Of a DNA stretch of 64,000 nucleotides, positions 1 to 8,516 are shown piece after piece; position 1 is the first letter of the stretch, and each line of letters starts with the position of its first letter. Location: contig CAWBCD010000023.1 of NCBI GenBank assembly GCA_963787205.1, positions 99,587 to 163,586 on the forward strand, read 5' to 3'. The notes under the pieces were generated by a model. That model was not told the DNA's origin, searched no databases, and saw only the letters and a program-made list of their open reading frames with translations. The DNA comes from an uncultured bacterium. GTDB lineage: Bacteria > Bacteroidota > Rhodothermia > Balneolales > DATFMH01. The position numbers and the translations under genes are program-made.

Positions 1-98
1 TTATGCGAAATAATCTTACCCTTTGATCGATCAATTTTAACATAATGGCCTGTCTTTGGGTTTTTTACCTGAACAATATTTTTTTTTGTATCTGCCAT
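1..98 (-). CDS. small basic hypothetical protein, 3' end runs off the window
   Basis: Manual translation from ATG at 98: MADTKKNIVQVKNPKTGHYVKIDRSKGKIISH..., open to the window edge; not in the ORF track. Confidence 0.55.
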   Translation of the reverse strand, partial: MADTKKNIVQVKNPKTGHYVKIDRSKGKIISH

Positions 99-379
99 AC
101 TTTGCCTATATGTTTTAGACAAAAAATTCAAGGTTTTTCGCTTTTATAAAAATGAAAAATACCTATACTTAGGATTTAGTTATTTTTCCCTAACTATTCA
201 AGTCACCTCATCTCGTGAGGAAATTTCATTTTTTCTTCTCTTATAAGATCGTTTGGAATTTATATATATGCTAAGGTAACTTTTCAAATCATTCTATTCT
301 ATAACATTGCGATCAATTTAAGGGATCCCTCAAGGATCGATGGAAGACAAATCAAATGCATTAAAATTTCCATCCTCTT

Positions 380-1459
380 TCATTCTCCTGCCCAGGCTTT
401 TCTAAGCATACGAAGCCAGTTGCCATGCATTATGGCCTCAATATCTGTTCCTTTATAACCTCGTTTTTTTAATAAACCAGGTATTTTTTGTAAATCTGCA
501 ATGGTATCCAGATCAGACGGAGACTGTTCCCTGCCAAATCCTCCATCCAGATCGCTGCCTATTGCCACATGATGGCTATTACCAGCCAGTTGACAGATGT
601 GATCAATATGGTCAATAATCTGGTCCATGATAACTGGTTTGTTGTTGGTTGCTCCCCTGACCCATCCAGGACCAATCATCCAGTTATCGAATGCCGCACC
701 AATGACACCGTCACAATTAATAATTGCCTGGATTTGTTCATCACTGTATTGGCGTTGGTGAGGTACCAATGCACGACAATTGTTATGACTGGCAATCAAG
801 GGTCCGTTATGGAGATCCATAGCCTCCCAAAAAGCACGATCAGACAGATGAGTCATATCCAGTATAATATCAAGATGCCTCATCTCTTTAATCAGTTTTT
901 TCCCATCCCGCGTCAATCCCTCCTCACAACCTGTCCCACCTGCATAACGGCCGGGGCCATAGTGTGCCGGACCAATAATACGCAGTCCGGCTGCCCACCA
1001 TTCCGTCAGTTGTCCAGGTTCTATGATCGGATCAGCACTTTCCATGCTGATTATAATGCCGATCGGCGGCTGATTTTTTTTCCTTTCACTCTTGTCCCAT
1101 TTTTCCCATTCACTGATATGTTCTTCCAGTACGGTCGGGTGAGTGATCAGTCGTGCTTCTCCTCTGCGACTCAGTGCATGATAATAGGCCAACTGCCCCT
1201 GAGCGATTGCATAGGCCTGGGCTGGCGACAAATAATCCAAATCCGGCTCCATAACCCCCGTTGACCTTGCCAGCAACGTAGCAAAACACAACGCCATGTT
1301 TGCCCCTCTCAACTCAGGCAGAGCAACGGTTCCCATCTCTCGCCCGGGTTCCGGCATCCCTTTTTCAAGTTTTCTTATATCCCGAACCGGCAATTCCAGG
1401 TTGCGATTCCATTGCAAGGCGTTCCAGGCCAGATCCAGATGAGCATCAATAATGATCAC
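380..1459 (-). CDS. membrane/renal-type dipeptidase (peptidase M19)
   Basis: IIDAHLD N-terminal motif, D(M)THLS, ASHNN, and HVAIGSDLDG motifs. Confidence 0.92.
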   Translation of the reverse strand: MIIIDAHLDLAWNALQWNRNLELPVRDIRKLEKGMPEPGREMGTVALPELRGANMALCFATLLARSTGVMEPDLDYLSPAQAYAIAQGQLAYYHALSRRGEARLITHPTVLEEHISEWEKWDKSERKKNQPPIGIIISMESADPIIEPGQLTEWWAAGLRIIGPAHYGPGRYAGGTGCEEGLTRDGKKLIKEMRHLDIILDMTHLSDRAFWEAMDLHNGPLIASHNNCRALVPHQRQYSDEQIQAIINCDGVIGAAFDNWMIGPGWVRGATNNKPVIMDQIIDHIDHICQLAGNSHHVAIGSDLDGGFGREQSPSDLDTIADLQKIPGLLKKRGYKGTDIEAIMHGNWLRMLRKAWAGE

Positions 1460-1533
1460 TAATTGGGAAATTTGTAATCAGATACTATATCTGATTTTTA
1501 TGATTATTTAATAAGTTTCTCCCGGCATAGTAG

Positions 1534-1589
1534 CCATTTTCCCGGGATTATTACAGAGGGATGCTAATGATTTGATAGTCAATAAATTG
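1534..1589 (+). repeat. 56-bp exact direct repeat, copy 1 (copy 2 at 2170-2225)
   Basis: CCATTTTCCCGGGATTATTACAGAGGGATGCTAATGATTTGATAGTCAATAAATTG read identically at both sites. Confidence 0.95.
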
Positions 1590-1689
1590 CTTTGGTATTT
1601 CAAAAGTTGATTTCATTACCGGAAGAAAAAAATGACTGGATTGACAATCATATTAATCAGAATAGAAATGAATTATATCATAATAGTAA

Positions 1690-1717
1690 AAAGTCCCCTT
1701 CAGGGGATTTAGGGGTC
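1690..1717. repeat. REP-like inverted repeat, left copy flanking the DUF559 gene
   Basis: AAAGTCCCCTTCAGGGGATTTAGGGGTC; 27/28 match to the reverse complement of 2113-2140; internal TCCCC-N4-GGGGA hairpin. Confidence 0.9.
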
Positions 1718-1724
1718 TGTCAAA

Positions 1725-2093
1725 CTAAGGCAGACAGGCACCAATACTTTTCAATACACCTTCTATATCTTGAATTACTTGATCATTTGTAAATCTGATA
1801 ACAGTTATACCAAAACCATTCAAATCATCTGATCTTTTTTGATCTTGATGTTTTTGCTCTTTCAGATTATGAAAACCTCCATCGAGTTCCAGGACAAGCT
1901 TGACGGAATGACAATAAAAGTCTACTACGTAAGTCGCTATTGGGTGCTGTCTCCGAAACTTATACCCTCTCAGTTGTTTTTTCTTTAGTCGTTGCCATAG
2001 TATACGTTCCGTACTGGTCATTGTCTTACGCAACTCTCTTGCTTTTTCGAAAATATATGGTGGTGCTCCATAAAACATCTTTGGTCTTTGCAT
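1725..2093 (-). CDS. DUF559 / Vsr-like endonuclease domain protein
   Basis: ARELRKTMTSTERILW, FRRQHPI, YVVDFYC, LVLELDGGFH, and DQKRS motifs. Confidence 0.92.
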   Translation of the reverse strand: MQRPKMFYGAPPYIFEKARELRKTMTSTERILWQRLKKKQLRGYKFRRQHPIATYVVDFYCHSVKLVLELDGGFHNLKEQKHQDQKRSDDLNGFGITVIRFTNDQVIQDIEGVLKSIGACLP

Positions 2094-2112
2094 AGTACCT
2101 CTCTCTTGATTC

Positions 2113-2140
2113 GACCCCTAAATCCCCTAAAGGGGACTTT
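2113..2140. repeat. REP-like inverted repeat, right copy flanking the DUF559 gene
   Basis: GACCCCTAAATCCCCTAAAGGGGACTTT. Confidence 0.9.
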
Positions 2141-2169
2141 ATTCACAGGTAAATGATAGATCTAAAATC

Positions 2170-2225
2170 CCATTTTCCCGGGATTATTACAGAGGGATGC
2201 TAATGATTTGATAGTCAATAAATTG
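2170..2225 (+). repeat. 56-bp exact direct repeat, copy 2
   Basis: Identical to 1534-1589. Confidence 0.95.
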
Positions 2226-2285
2226 TTGAACAAGTCTTATATACTCTACCCTCTCGATGACGATGGAGAGGACCAGGGAGAGGTA

Positions 2286-3467
2286 TCATCCCTTCAATAA
2301 ATCACGCGCAATTATAATACGCTGCACCTCCGAGGTACCCTCACCGATTTCGAGAAGCTTTGCATCGCGCAGAAAGCGTTCAACATGGTATTCTTTGGTG
2401 TAGCCATAGCCGCCATGGATCTGAATGGCATCGAGCGAAGATTGCGTTGCCGCTTCGGAGGCATAGAGCTTAGCCAATGCGGCTTCTTCTGTATACGGTT
2501 TACCCTGATCTCGGAGCCATGCAGCGCGCAAAACCAATAGCCGGGCAGCTTCGTACTTGCTCTTCATATCCACAATTTTCCATTGGATCGCCTGATTTTT
2601 CCCTATCGGCTTTCCAAATTGATGCCGCTCTTTTGAATACCTGATCGACTCTTCCAATGCACCCCGTATAATTCCAACTCCAAGTGCGCCTATACCGACG
2701 CGCCCGCCATCCAGAACTTTCATCGTGTCATAAAATCCGTGGTTTAGCTCTCCCAACAGGTTCTCTTCCGGGACCTCCACATTGTCGAGATACAGGGCGA
2801 CGGTATCCGAGGAGTTCATACCAAGCTTTTTGATCTTTGGACCATGAGAAAAGCCCTCCCAGTCCGATTCGACAATAAACGCACTAATGCCCTTTGCTCC
2901 CAGCTTTGGTTCAGTCAGTGCCAGGATCACAAAGATCTTCCCGACTGATCCTTGGGTGATAAACATTTTGGATCCATTCAGAATCCATTTTCCATTCTTG
3001 AATTCGGCAGTCGTTTTCATGCCGGAAGAATCACTGCCGGAACCGGGTTCGGTAAGTCCCCACCCGCCCAACACTTCTCCGCTTGCCAATTGACTCAAAT
3101 ATTTCTTCTTCTGATCTTCATTGCCGGCAATAGCAATATGGCCTGAGCACAAGGAGGTGTGAGATGCCATGGTTAAGGCCAGTGAGGCATCCCAGCGTGC
3201 GATCTCTTCCAGTGCAAGGGCAAAACTGACGACATCGGTCCCGCCCCCGCCATATTTCTCTTCATGATACATGCCGAGCAGATTCATCTCACGCATTTGC
3301 TCTATCAGATCGTGTGGAAATTTCTTTTCCTCATCACGCTCTACCACTCCCGGAGCGACATAACGCTCAACGAAATCACGTACACTGTTGCGAATAAGTT
3401 GCTGATCTTCCGTCAGATCGAATGATAAGCCAGCCGTTTGCGTCTTGAGTTCTGCGTCTCGAGTCAT
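2286..3467 (-). CDS. acyl-CoA dehydrogenase
   Basis: LTEPGSGSD, NGSKMFIT, QIHGGYGY and IGEGTSEVQR motifs. Confidence 0.95.
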   Translation of the reverse strand: MTRDAELKTQTAGLSFDLTEDQQLIRNSVRDFVERYVAPGVVERDEEKKFPHDLIEQMREMNLLGMYHEEKYGGGGTDVVSFALALEEIARWDASLALTMASHTSLCSGHIAIAGNEDQKKKYLSQLASGEVLGGWGLTEPGSGSDSSGMKTTAEFKNGKWILNGSKMFITQGSVGKIFVILALTEPKLGAKGISAFIVESDWEGFSHGPKIKKLGMNSSDTVALYLDNVEVPEENLLGELNHGFYDTMKVLDGGRVGIGALGVGIIRGALEESIRYSKERHQFGKPIGKNQAIQWKIVDMKSKYEAARLLVLRAAWLRDQGKPYTEEAALAKLYASEAATQSSLDAIQIHGGYGYTKEYHVERFLRDAKLLEIGEGTSEVQRIIIARDLLKG

Positions 3468-3702
3468 GAGTCACCCAGATATTTTGTTTTAGATAATTTT
3501 TGAATCAATGCATAAAACATTTTTTTCTATCTCTCCGATCTTAATTATTAATTCTGGAAAAGACATCTGAATTCAGATAATTAAGGTTATTTGAAATCAT
3601 GAATGGCGTTTCCAATTCATATGTTGATCCATTTTTGTATGAATCGTTATATAAAAAGGATACTCCGTCATCAAAAACTTACATGAAATCTCAAGACTAT
3701 TT

Positions 3703-4005
3703 TCACCCGAAATTCCAGTTAACACCCCGACCGGTCTCCGGTTGGGGATAGTGCCACAAAACAGCTCCCTGATCGCAGGCGTACATGCAAGTCCCACATT
3801 CGATACAGTCTTCAAACTGGAAGTGTACCTTGCCCTCCTCGTCGACGGTATAACAATTAGCCGGGCACACATAGGTCGTGCAAAGATGCGTACACTTTGA
3901 GTTGCAGATATCAGTATCAACCTCAATGTGAGGGGTAGCATCCGATTTGCCCTGATTACGGTAATTAACCAGTCCCAGTCGTTCTGCAATGCTCAGTTTT
4001 TTCAT
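3703..4005 (-). CDS. fixX: FixX-type ferredoxin
   Basis: CPANCY and CIECGTC...C motifs; directly downstream of fixC. Confidence 0.88.
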   Translation of the reverse strand: MKKLSIAERLGLVNYRNQGKSDATPHIEVDTDICNSKCTHLCTTYVCPANCYTVDEEGKVHFQFEDCIECGTCMYACDQGAVLWHYPQPETGRGVNWNFG

Positions 4006-4010
4006 GACGT

Positions 4011-4045
4011 TAGTCCTGAGTAATGAGTATTTAGTATTGAGAAAT
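4011..4045. repeat. degenerate heptamer array, GAGTATT type, 5 units
   Basis: TAGTCCT GAGTAAT GAGTATT TAGTATT GAGAAAT in the fixC-fixX spacer. Confidence 0.7.
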
Positions 4046-4063
4046 TAAGTTCGATCTTACAAG

Positions 4064-5479
4064 TCATAACGACTTAAAGCCTTTGATGCCGATTTTCAGA
4101 AGCTCCCAGAATGAACTGTGTCGTTTGACAGCACCTTTCAGCATATCTTTTGTTTTCGGCGTTGGTTTGTTGTCTATCATAAAAAACTGACGACCAAAGT
4201 CACATGCAATGTTCGGCACTTTGCTGAACATCGCCGGCTGATGGAGAAAGTGCACAGCGTTCTGAAACCCGCGCAGATCTTTCATCACATAACTGTCTTC
4301 CAGGGCGTCGCGATATGCTTTCATTGATGCTTTGCCAAAATCGTTTTTCTTTTTAGCCGCAACAGCCGTCTTTGCCGCCAATACGCCCGATGCCATCGCA
4401 TAATCCATTCCCTGAATAGCCTTGCCGGAGTTCATCAGCAGGTTGGCCGCCTCACCGGCCACCATCACTCCGTCGTCATAAATTTCTCTGGGCATGATAC
4501 GCATATCACCTGTCGATACAACATGTCCGGAATACTCCACCACCTCTCCACCTTTGATCATATCCCGAACGGCCGGATGCGATTTAAAGGCAGACAAAAT
4601 ATCGTAGATTTTCAGAGGTTGGGTTTTCTCGGAATCGGGAGTGGTATTCCCTGGGGTTTTTCTGAGATCAATCGCCTTCTGTATGTCTGGATTTCCGCCT
4701 TTCTCACGCAAATTTTTCATGCCCAATACAAGGCCAAGCGATATAGAATCTTTGTTGGTATACAGGAAACCACCACCTTCAACCCCACAGGTTGCTCCCA
4801 GTCCAATGAATTCGTTGGACATACCACTTAGCCCATCGAGTTGAAATCGGTCTTCCAGTGTCTTCTGGTCGAATTTGATGATCTCCTTGATTCCCGTGGC
4901 CACGTAATCGGCGGGGACATACTCTTCCTGCAAGCCAATTTGACGCGTCAAAAGATTATTAACTCCTTCTGCCAGAATCACACAACTCGCATAGAATTTT
5001 TCTTCTCCACTCCGAATACCTACAACACGACCGTTTTCCTTCAGGATTTCTTCCACCAAAATATCGTTGGCCACGAACGATTCTTCGGCGTAATCGCTCT
5101 GCAACACTGCTTCCTGAACTTTATCGGCAAGCCACTGATCGAAACGAGAACGCAACACAATCACACCTTTGTAAGGCTTCTCTACAAAATGCTCCGATTT
5201 GAAATCAATAGAGAACGAGGATTGTTCATCGAGAAAACTCAGCCGCCGGTGCTTGATATATCGTTCAATGCCGGCGTCAGCATCTTCCCAATAATCCGGA
5301 ACCAGCTCGCTCAGTTGCGTACCCCAGAGAACACCTCCCGATACATTTTTAGCGCCGCTGTATTCCCCCCGTTCGATCAGGAGAAATTTCATGTTGTTTC
5401 GTGCAAGCGTCATAGCCGCACTCAGACCGGCAATACCACCACCAACTACGATACAATCAAATTTTTCGTCTTCCACCAA
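4064..5479 (-). CDS. fixC: FixC-type FAD-dependent oxidoreductase (ETF:quinone oxidoreductase flavoprotein subunit)
   Basis: VVGGGIAG Rossmann motif, ERGEYSGAKNVSGG, GGGFLYTN, and GMDYAMASG; lies between the etf genes and the ferredoxin. Confidence 0.88.
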   Translation of the reverse strand: MVEDEKFDCIVVGGGIAGLSAAMTLARNNMKFLLIERGEYSGAKNVSGGVLWGTQLSELVPDYWEDADAGIERYIKHRRLSFLDEQSSFSIDFKSEHFVEKPYKGVIVLRSRFDQWLADKVQEAVLQSDYAEESFVANDILVEEILKENGRVVGIRSGEEKFYASCVILAEGVNNLLTRQIGLQEEYVPADYVATGIKEIIKFDQKTLEDRFQLDGLSGMSNEFIGLGATCGVEGGGFLYTNKDSISLGLVLGMKNLREKGGNPDIQKAIDLRKTPGNTTPDSEKTQPLKIYDILSAFKSHPAVRDMIKGGEVVEYSGHVVSTGDMRIMPREIYDDGVMVAGEAANLLMNSGKAIQGMDYAMASGVLAAKTAVAAKKKNDFGKASMKAYRDALEDSYVMKDLRGFQNAVHFLHQPAMFSKVPNIACDFGRQFFMIDNKPTPKTKDMLKGAVKRHSSFWELLKIGIKGFKSL

Positions 5480-5484
5480 ACTAC

Positions 5485-5517
5485 TAATTATGAATTTTGA
5501 ATTATGAATTTTGAATT
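5485..5517. repeat. degenerate heptamer array, GAATT(A/T)T type
   Basis: TAATTAT GAATTTT GAATTAT GAATTTT GAATT just upstream of fixC. Confidence 0.75.
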
Positions 5518-5560
5518 GGTCGTCAAGTTAAAATCCATTTCATTATTTACGGAGCTATGA

Positions 5561-6535
5561 TCAACTTTGGGCTTTTCTTACTTCCTCGATGAGCGGGGGT
5601 AAAATTTTGTACAAATCACCGACAAGTCCATATGTAGCAATGTCGAAGATAGGTGCTTCCGGATCTTTGTTAATTGCCACGATGACTTTACTGTTCGACA
5701 TGCCGGCCACGTGCTGTATTGCCCCGGAAATACCAACAGCAAAATAGATTTGTGGCGATACGACCTTACCGGTCTGACCTATCTGTGCTGTAGCAGGGAA
5801 AAGTCCTGATTCGGTAACCGCCCGGGATGCTCCTACCGCTCCACCCATCAGGTCGGCAAGATCGTGAACCATCTTTTTACCTTCCTCATCTTTAATGCCG
5901 CGTCCACCCGAAACGACAACCGGAGCCTCGGCAAGATCCACACCACCGCCGGAGCTGGTAATAATATCGCGTAGCTCCATCTTCAACGAACTTTCGTCGT
6001 AGCTGAAATCGAGTTTCTTTATTTCCGGCTGATTCTCCGACTCGGAAGCATCATATGAACCGGAGCGAACCGATACGAGCATTCGATCCCCTTCCACTTT
6101 CGTTCTGGCCATCAACTTGGCGGCCATTATCGGGCGAAGTGATTCAACCGCTCCATCCTTCAGCTCAAACGATGCCACATCAGGCAACGCCTTTGCATCG
6201 AGACGCACAGCAAGAGCACCAAGCACATCCTTGACAGCCTCTGTTGAAGCAAAAGCAGTAAGCATTGGACTGGATTGTTTGATAACCGTCTCAAAGGCAT
6301 CCAGCAACGGTTGGTTCATATGGTCCCTGAATATCGGGTGCTCTATCACATAAATAGTATCCGGACCATATTTGGCTACTTGCTCTGCATATTGGGAAGC
6401 ATTAGAATCTATGATCACCGCTTCCGATTTATGTCCATTGGTTTTTGCCAGTTCCCGGCAATGCGACAAAACCTCCAGAGATGACCGTTTCAGTTTTCCG
6501 TTACTGACCGCAACATATGTTAAAATCGTACTCAT
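5561..6535 (-). CDS. etfA: electron transfer flavoprotein subunit alpha (EtfA/FixB)
   Basis: VVSGGRG, QIGQTGK, GISGAIQH and AINKDPEAPIF motifs. Confidence 0.95.
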   Translation of the reverse strand: MSTILTYVAVSNGKLKRSSLEVLSHCRELAKTNGHKSEAVIIDSNASQYAEQVAKYGPDTIYVIEHPIFRDHMNQPLLDAFETVIKQSSPMLTAFASTEAVKDVLGALAVRLDAKALPDVASFELKDGAVESLRPIMAAKLMARTKVEGDRMLVSVRSGSYDASESENQPEIKKLDFSYDESSLKMELRDIITSSGGGVDLAEAPVVVSGGRGIKDEEGKKMVHDLADLMGGAVGASRAVTESGLFPATAQIGQTGKVVSPQIYFAVGISGAIQHVAGMSNSKVIVAINKDPEAPIFDIATYGLVGDLYKILPPLIEEVRKAQS

Positions 6536-6579
6536 AATGATTATTCTGAATAGTGTTAAAAATTCATTAAGTCGCTGGT

Positions 6580-7365
6580 TTATAATACTTTTGCTTCGTT
6601 TTGAAGCAGATCAACCAGCTGTTTCGCCAATTCCCCAGGCTCTCCTTCCAGCTTTTTGCCATGCTGCCGTTCGGGCATAGGCTCATAACCCGTGATTTCT
6701 ATGGAAGCTAGTTGTTGAAGTTCATCAGATGGATAGCCAAGGTCATCCGGAGATATCTCCTCAACCGGTTTCTTCTTCGACTGCATGATGCCCCGGAGAT
6801 TTGGTATTCGAGGATCATTCATGTCATTGGAACAGGTAATGAGACAAGGAATCGGCAATGCAATCACTTCCTGACCGGCATCCCCTTGTCGTGTCACAAT
6901 CATTTTCTTTGCCGATTCATCATACTCCAACCCTACGGCGTTTGTCGCGTAGGAAAGATTCATTTTCCCCGCCAGCATCGATCCGGTCAACCCGGCATCG
7001 GTATCCTGGGCCTGCTTGCCAAGAAGGATAACCTCATAATCCGGATTTTTTTCAAAATAGGCTGCCAGCAAACGCGCATATACAGAAGAGTCGAGTGAAG
7101 CACTGTCATCTGTCTTGATGTGAGTTGCCTTTTCCGCGCCCATCGCCAACGCTTTTCGAATTGTTTCTTTCACCTTGTCCGGGCCGATTGAAATGATACT
7201 TACCTCTCCGCCATGCTTCTCGGTTAAAACCAAAGATTCTTCGACCGCCGACGCGCTGTACGCGTCCAGCACAACGCGATCTGTTTCAAAAACCAGTTCT
7301 CCATTTCTGATACTGATGGGAGCCGTTATGTCCGGAACCTGTTTAATACAAATATGAAATTTCAT
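6580..7365 (-). CDS. etfB: electron transfer flavoprotein subunit beta (EtfB/FixA)
   Basis: CIKQVPD, RKALAMGA, GKQAQDTD and PRIPNLRGIM motifs. Confidence 0.95.
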   Translation of the reverse strand: MKFHICIKQVPDITAPISIRNGELVFETDRVVLDAYSASAVEESLVLTEKHGGEVSIISIGPDKVKETIRKALAMGAEKATHIKTDDSASLDSSVYARLLAAYFEKNPDYEVILLGKQAQDTDAGLTGSMLAGKMNLSYATNAVGLEYDESAKKMIVTRQGDAGQEVIALPIPCLITCSNDMNDPRIPNLRGIMQSKKKPVEEISPDDLGYPSDELQQLASIEITGYEPMPERQHGKKLEGEPGELAKQLVDLLQNEAKVL

Positions 7366-7628
7366 AAGTAAAACTTTTCTTGACTATTTTTTAAATCTGT
7401 AACCGCTTTTCTGAGCTATATAATACGAAATTAATCTTCATCCCTCAGATTACTTCTGATGCATAGAATACAAAAAAAGGGATCAAAGATGCCATTCTAC
7501 CAGCTCTTTATTCCAGTACAAAAGCAAGGTAAATGTACAACTAAACGTTCCGTTCGTTCGTCATAAAACTAGTTTAAGACAAACACGTCTTAAAACACCC
7601 TTTAACAATAATTCCATTGGAGTGACTT

Positions 7629-8057
7629 ATGAAACCTGTAACAGTTTATCGCAAGATAGGATTAACCGCACTGGCAGTTTTACTGTCATTAAGCCTTTCC
7701 TTCATATTCAATTCAACTGTAAACGCACAAGGCCGGGGAGGAAACCGTGGTCCTGCAAATAGTGAGGTCCGGTTAAATCGGGCAATGGCTTACTGGACAC
7801 AGCAGCTCAGCCTTACCACTCAACAACAAACTCAATTCCAAGCTGTCTTACAACAACATTTCGCTAAACAGGATTCGCTACGCGGCATGTTTAGAGGAAA
7901 TCGCCAGGCTATGCAAGGTCATATGCTCACTGTCAGAAACACAACGCATGCCAAACTTGCACAGATACTGACGCCCGATCAACAACAAAAATTTGTACCG
8001 CTGTGGGGTCAAAGAGGCAATATGATGAACGGGAATGGAAGAAACCGGAATAACTAA
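7629..8057 (+). CDS. secreted Spy/CpxP-like helical protein
   Basis: Signal peptide; LSLTTQQQ and ILTPDQQQKF (LTxxQ) motifs. Confidence 0.65.
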   Translation: MKPVTVYRKIGLTALAVLLSLSLSFIFNSTVNAQGRGGNRGPANSEVRLNRAMAYWTQQLSLTTQQQTQFQAVLQQHFAKQDSLRGMFRGNRQAMQGHMLTVRNTTHAKLAQILTPDQQQKFVPLWGQRGNMMNGNGRNRNN

Positions 8058-8070
8058 TTGTATTCCAACC

Positions 8071-8108
8071 GCAACCGTTGGTCAAGAGCCAACGGCTGCA
8101 GTTTTTTT
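8071..8108 (+). terminator. intrinsic terminator
   Basis: GCAACCGTTGG / CCAACGGCTGC stem followed by a T7 run, just after the stop codon. Confidence 0.75.
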
Positions 8109-8516
8109 GCCCCTTTCTTTAATGGATCCAACCTTCACTAAATCAAACGAGAACTATCCCTCCAAGACTTATTAAAGGATATACAAATTAATCCATTGAA
8201 TAACTTTTAGTTGCAATGCTTAAGTAATTAATTATTCTAAATCTTCCATAAGTATACCTTAGCATATGCTTACCTGATTTTCGCCGTTCTTCACCTTTTA
8301 TAGATCACCAAAGCTAACTTTATACCCGGCATCTTGATAACCTGTGGTCCTTCCGACTTTATATCATCAATTCTTTCAACTGTTAAAAAAGGTATATATA
8401 ATTAGATCCACCGGGAACTGCCCTTACAGGGATACTCAAAACAGCCTGTCTTATCTTCATAGTGCTCTCAAAAGAATGAATGCCATCTCACAATAGCTTT
8501 GTAAATTGTCCCTCTA

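Noticed and set aside
1592-1792. 66-aa ORF containing KSPSGDLGV
   Set aside because: It reads through the REP-like repeat and overlaps DUF559 antisense; no independent support.
3597-3989. Alternative 130-aa ORF overlapping fixX
   Set aside because: The overlapping frame 3703-4005 carries the clear ferredoxin Cys motifs.
3703-7365. fixABCX as evidence of nitrogen fixation
   Set aside because: No nif genes in the window; the context is acyl-CoA oxidation.
8110-8510. Possible gene remnant in a long intergenic region
   Set aside because: Only short minus-strand frames with no recognisable family.
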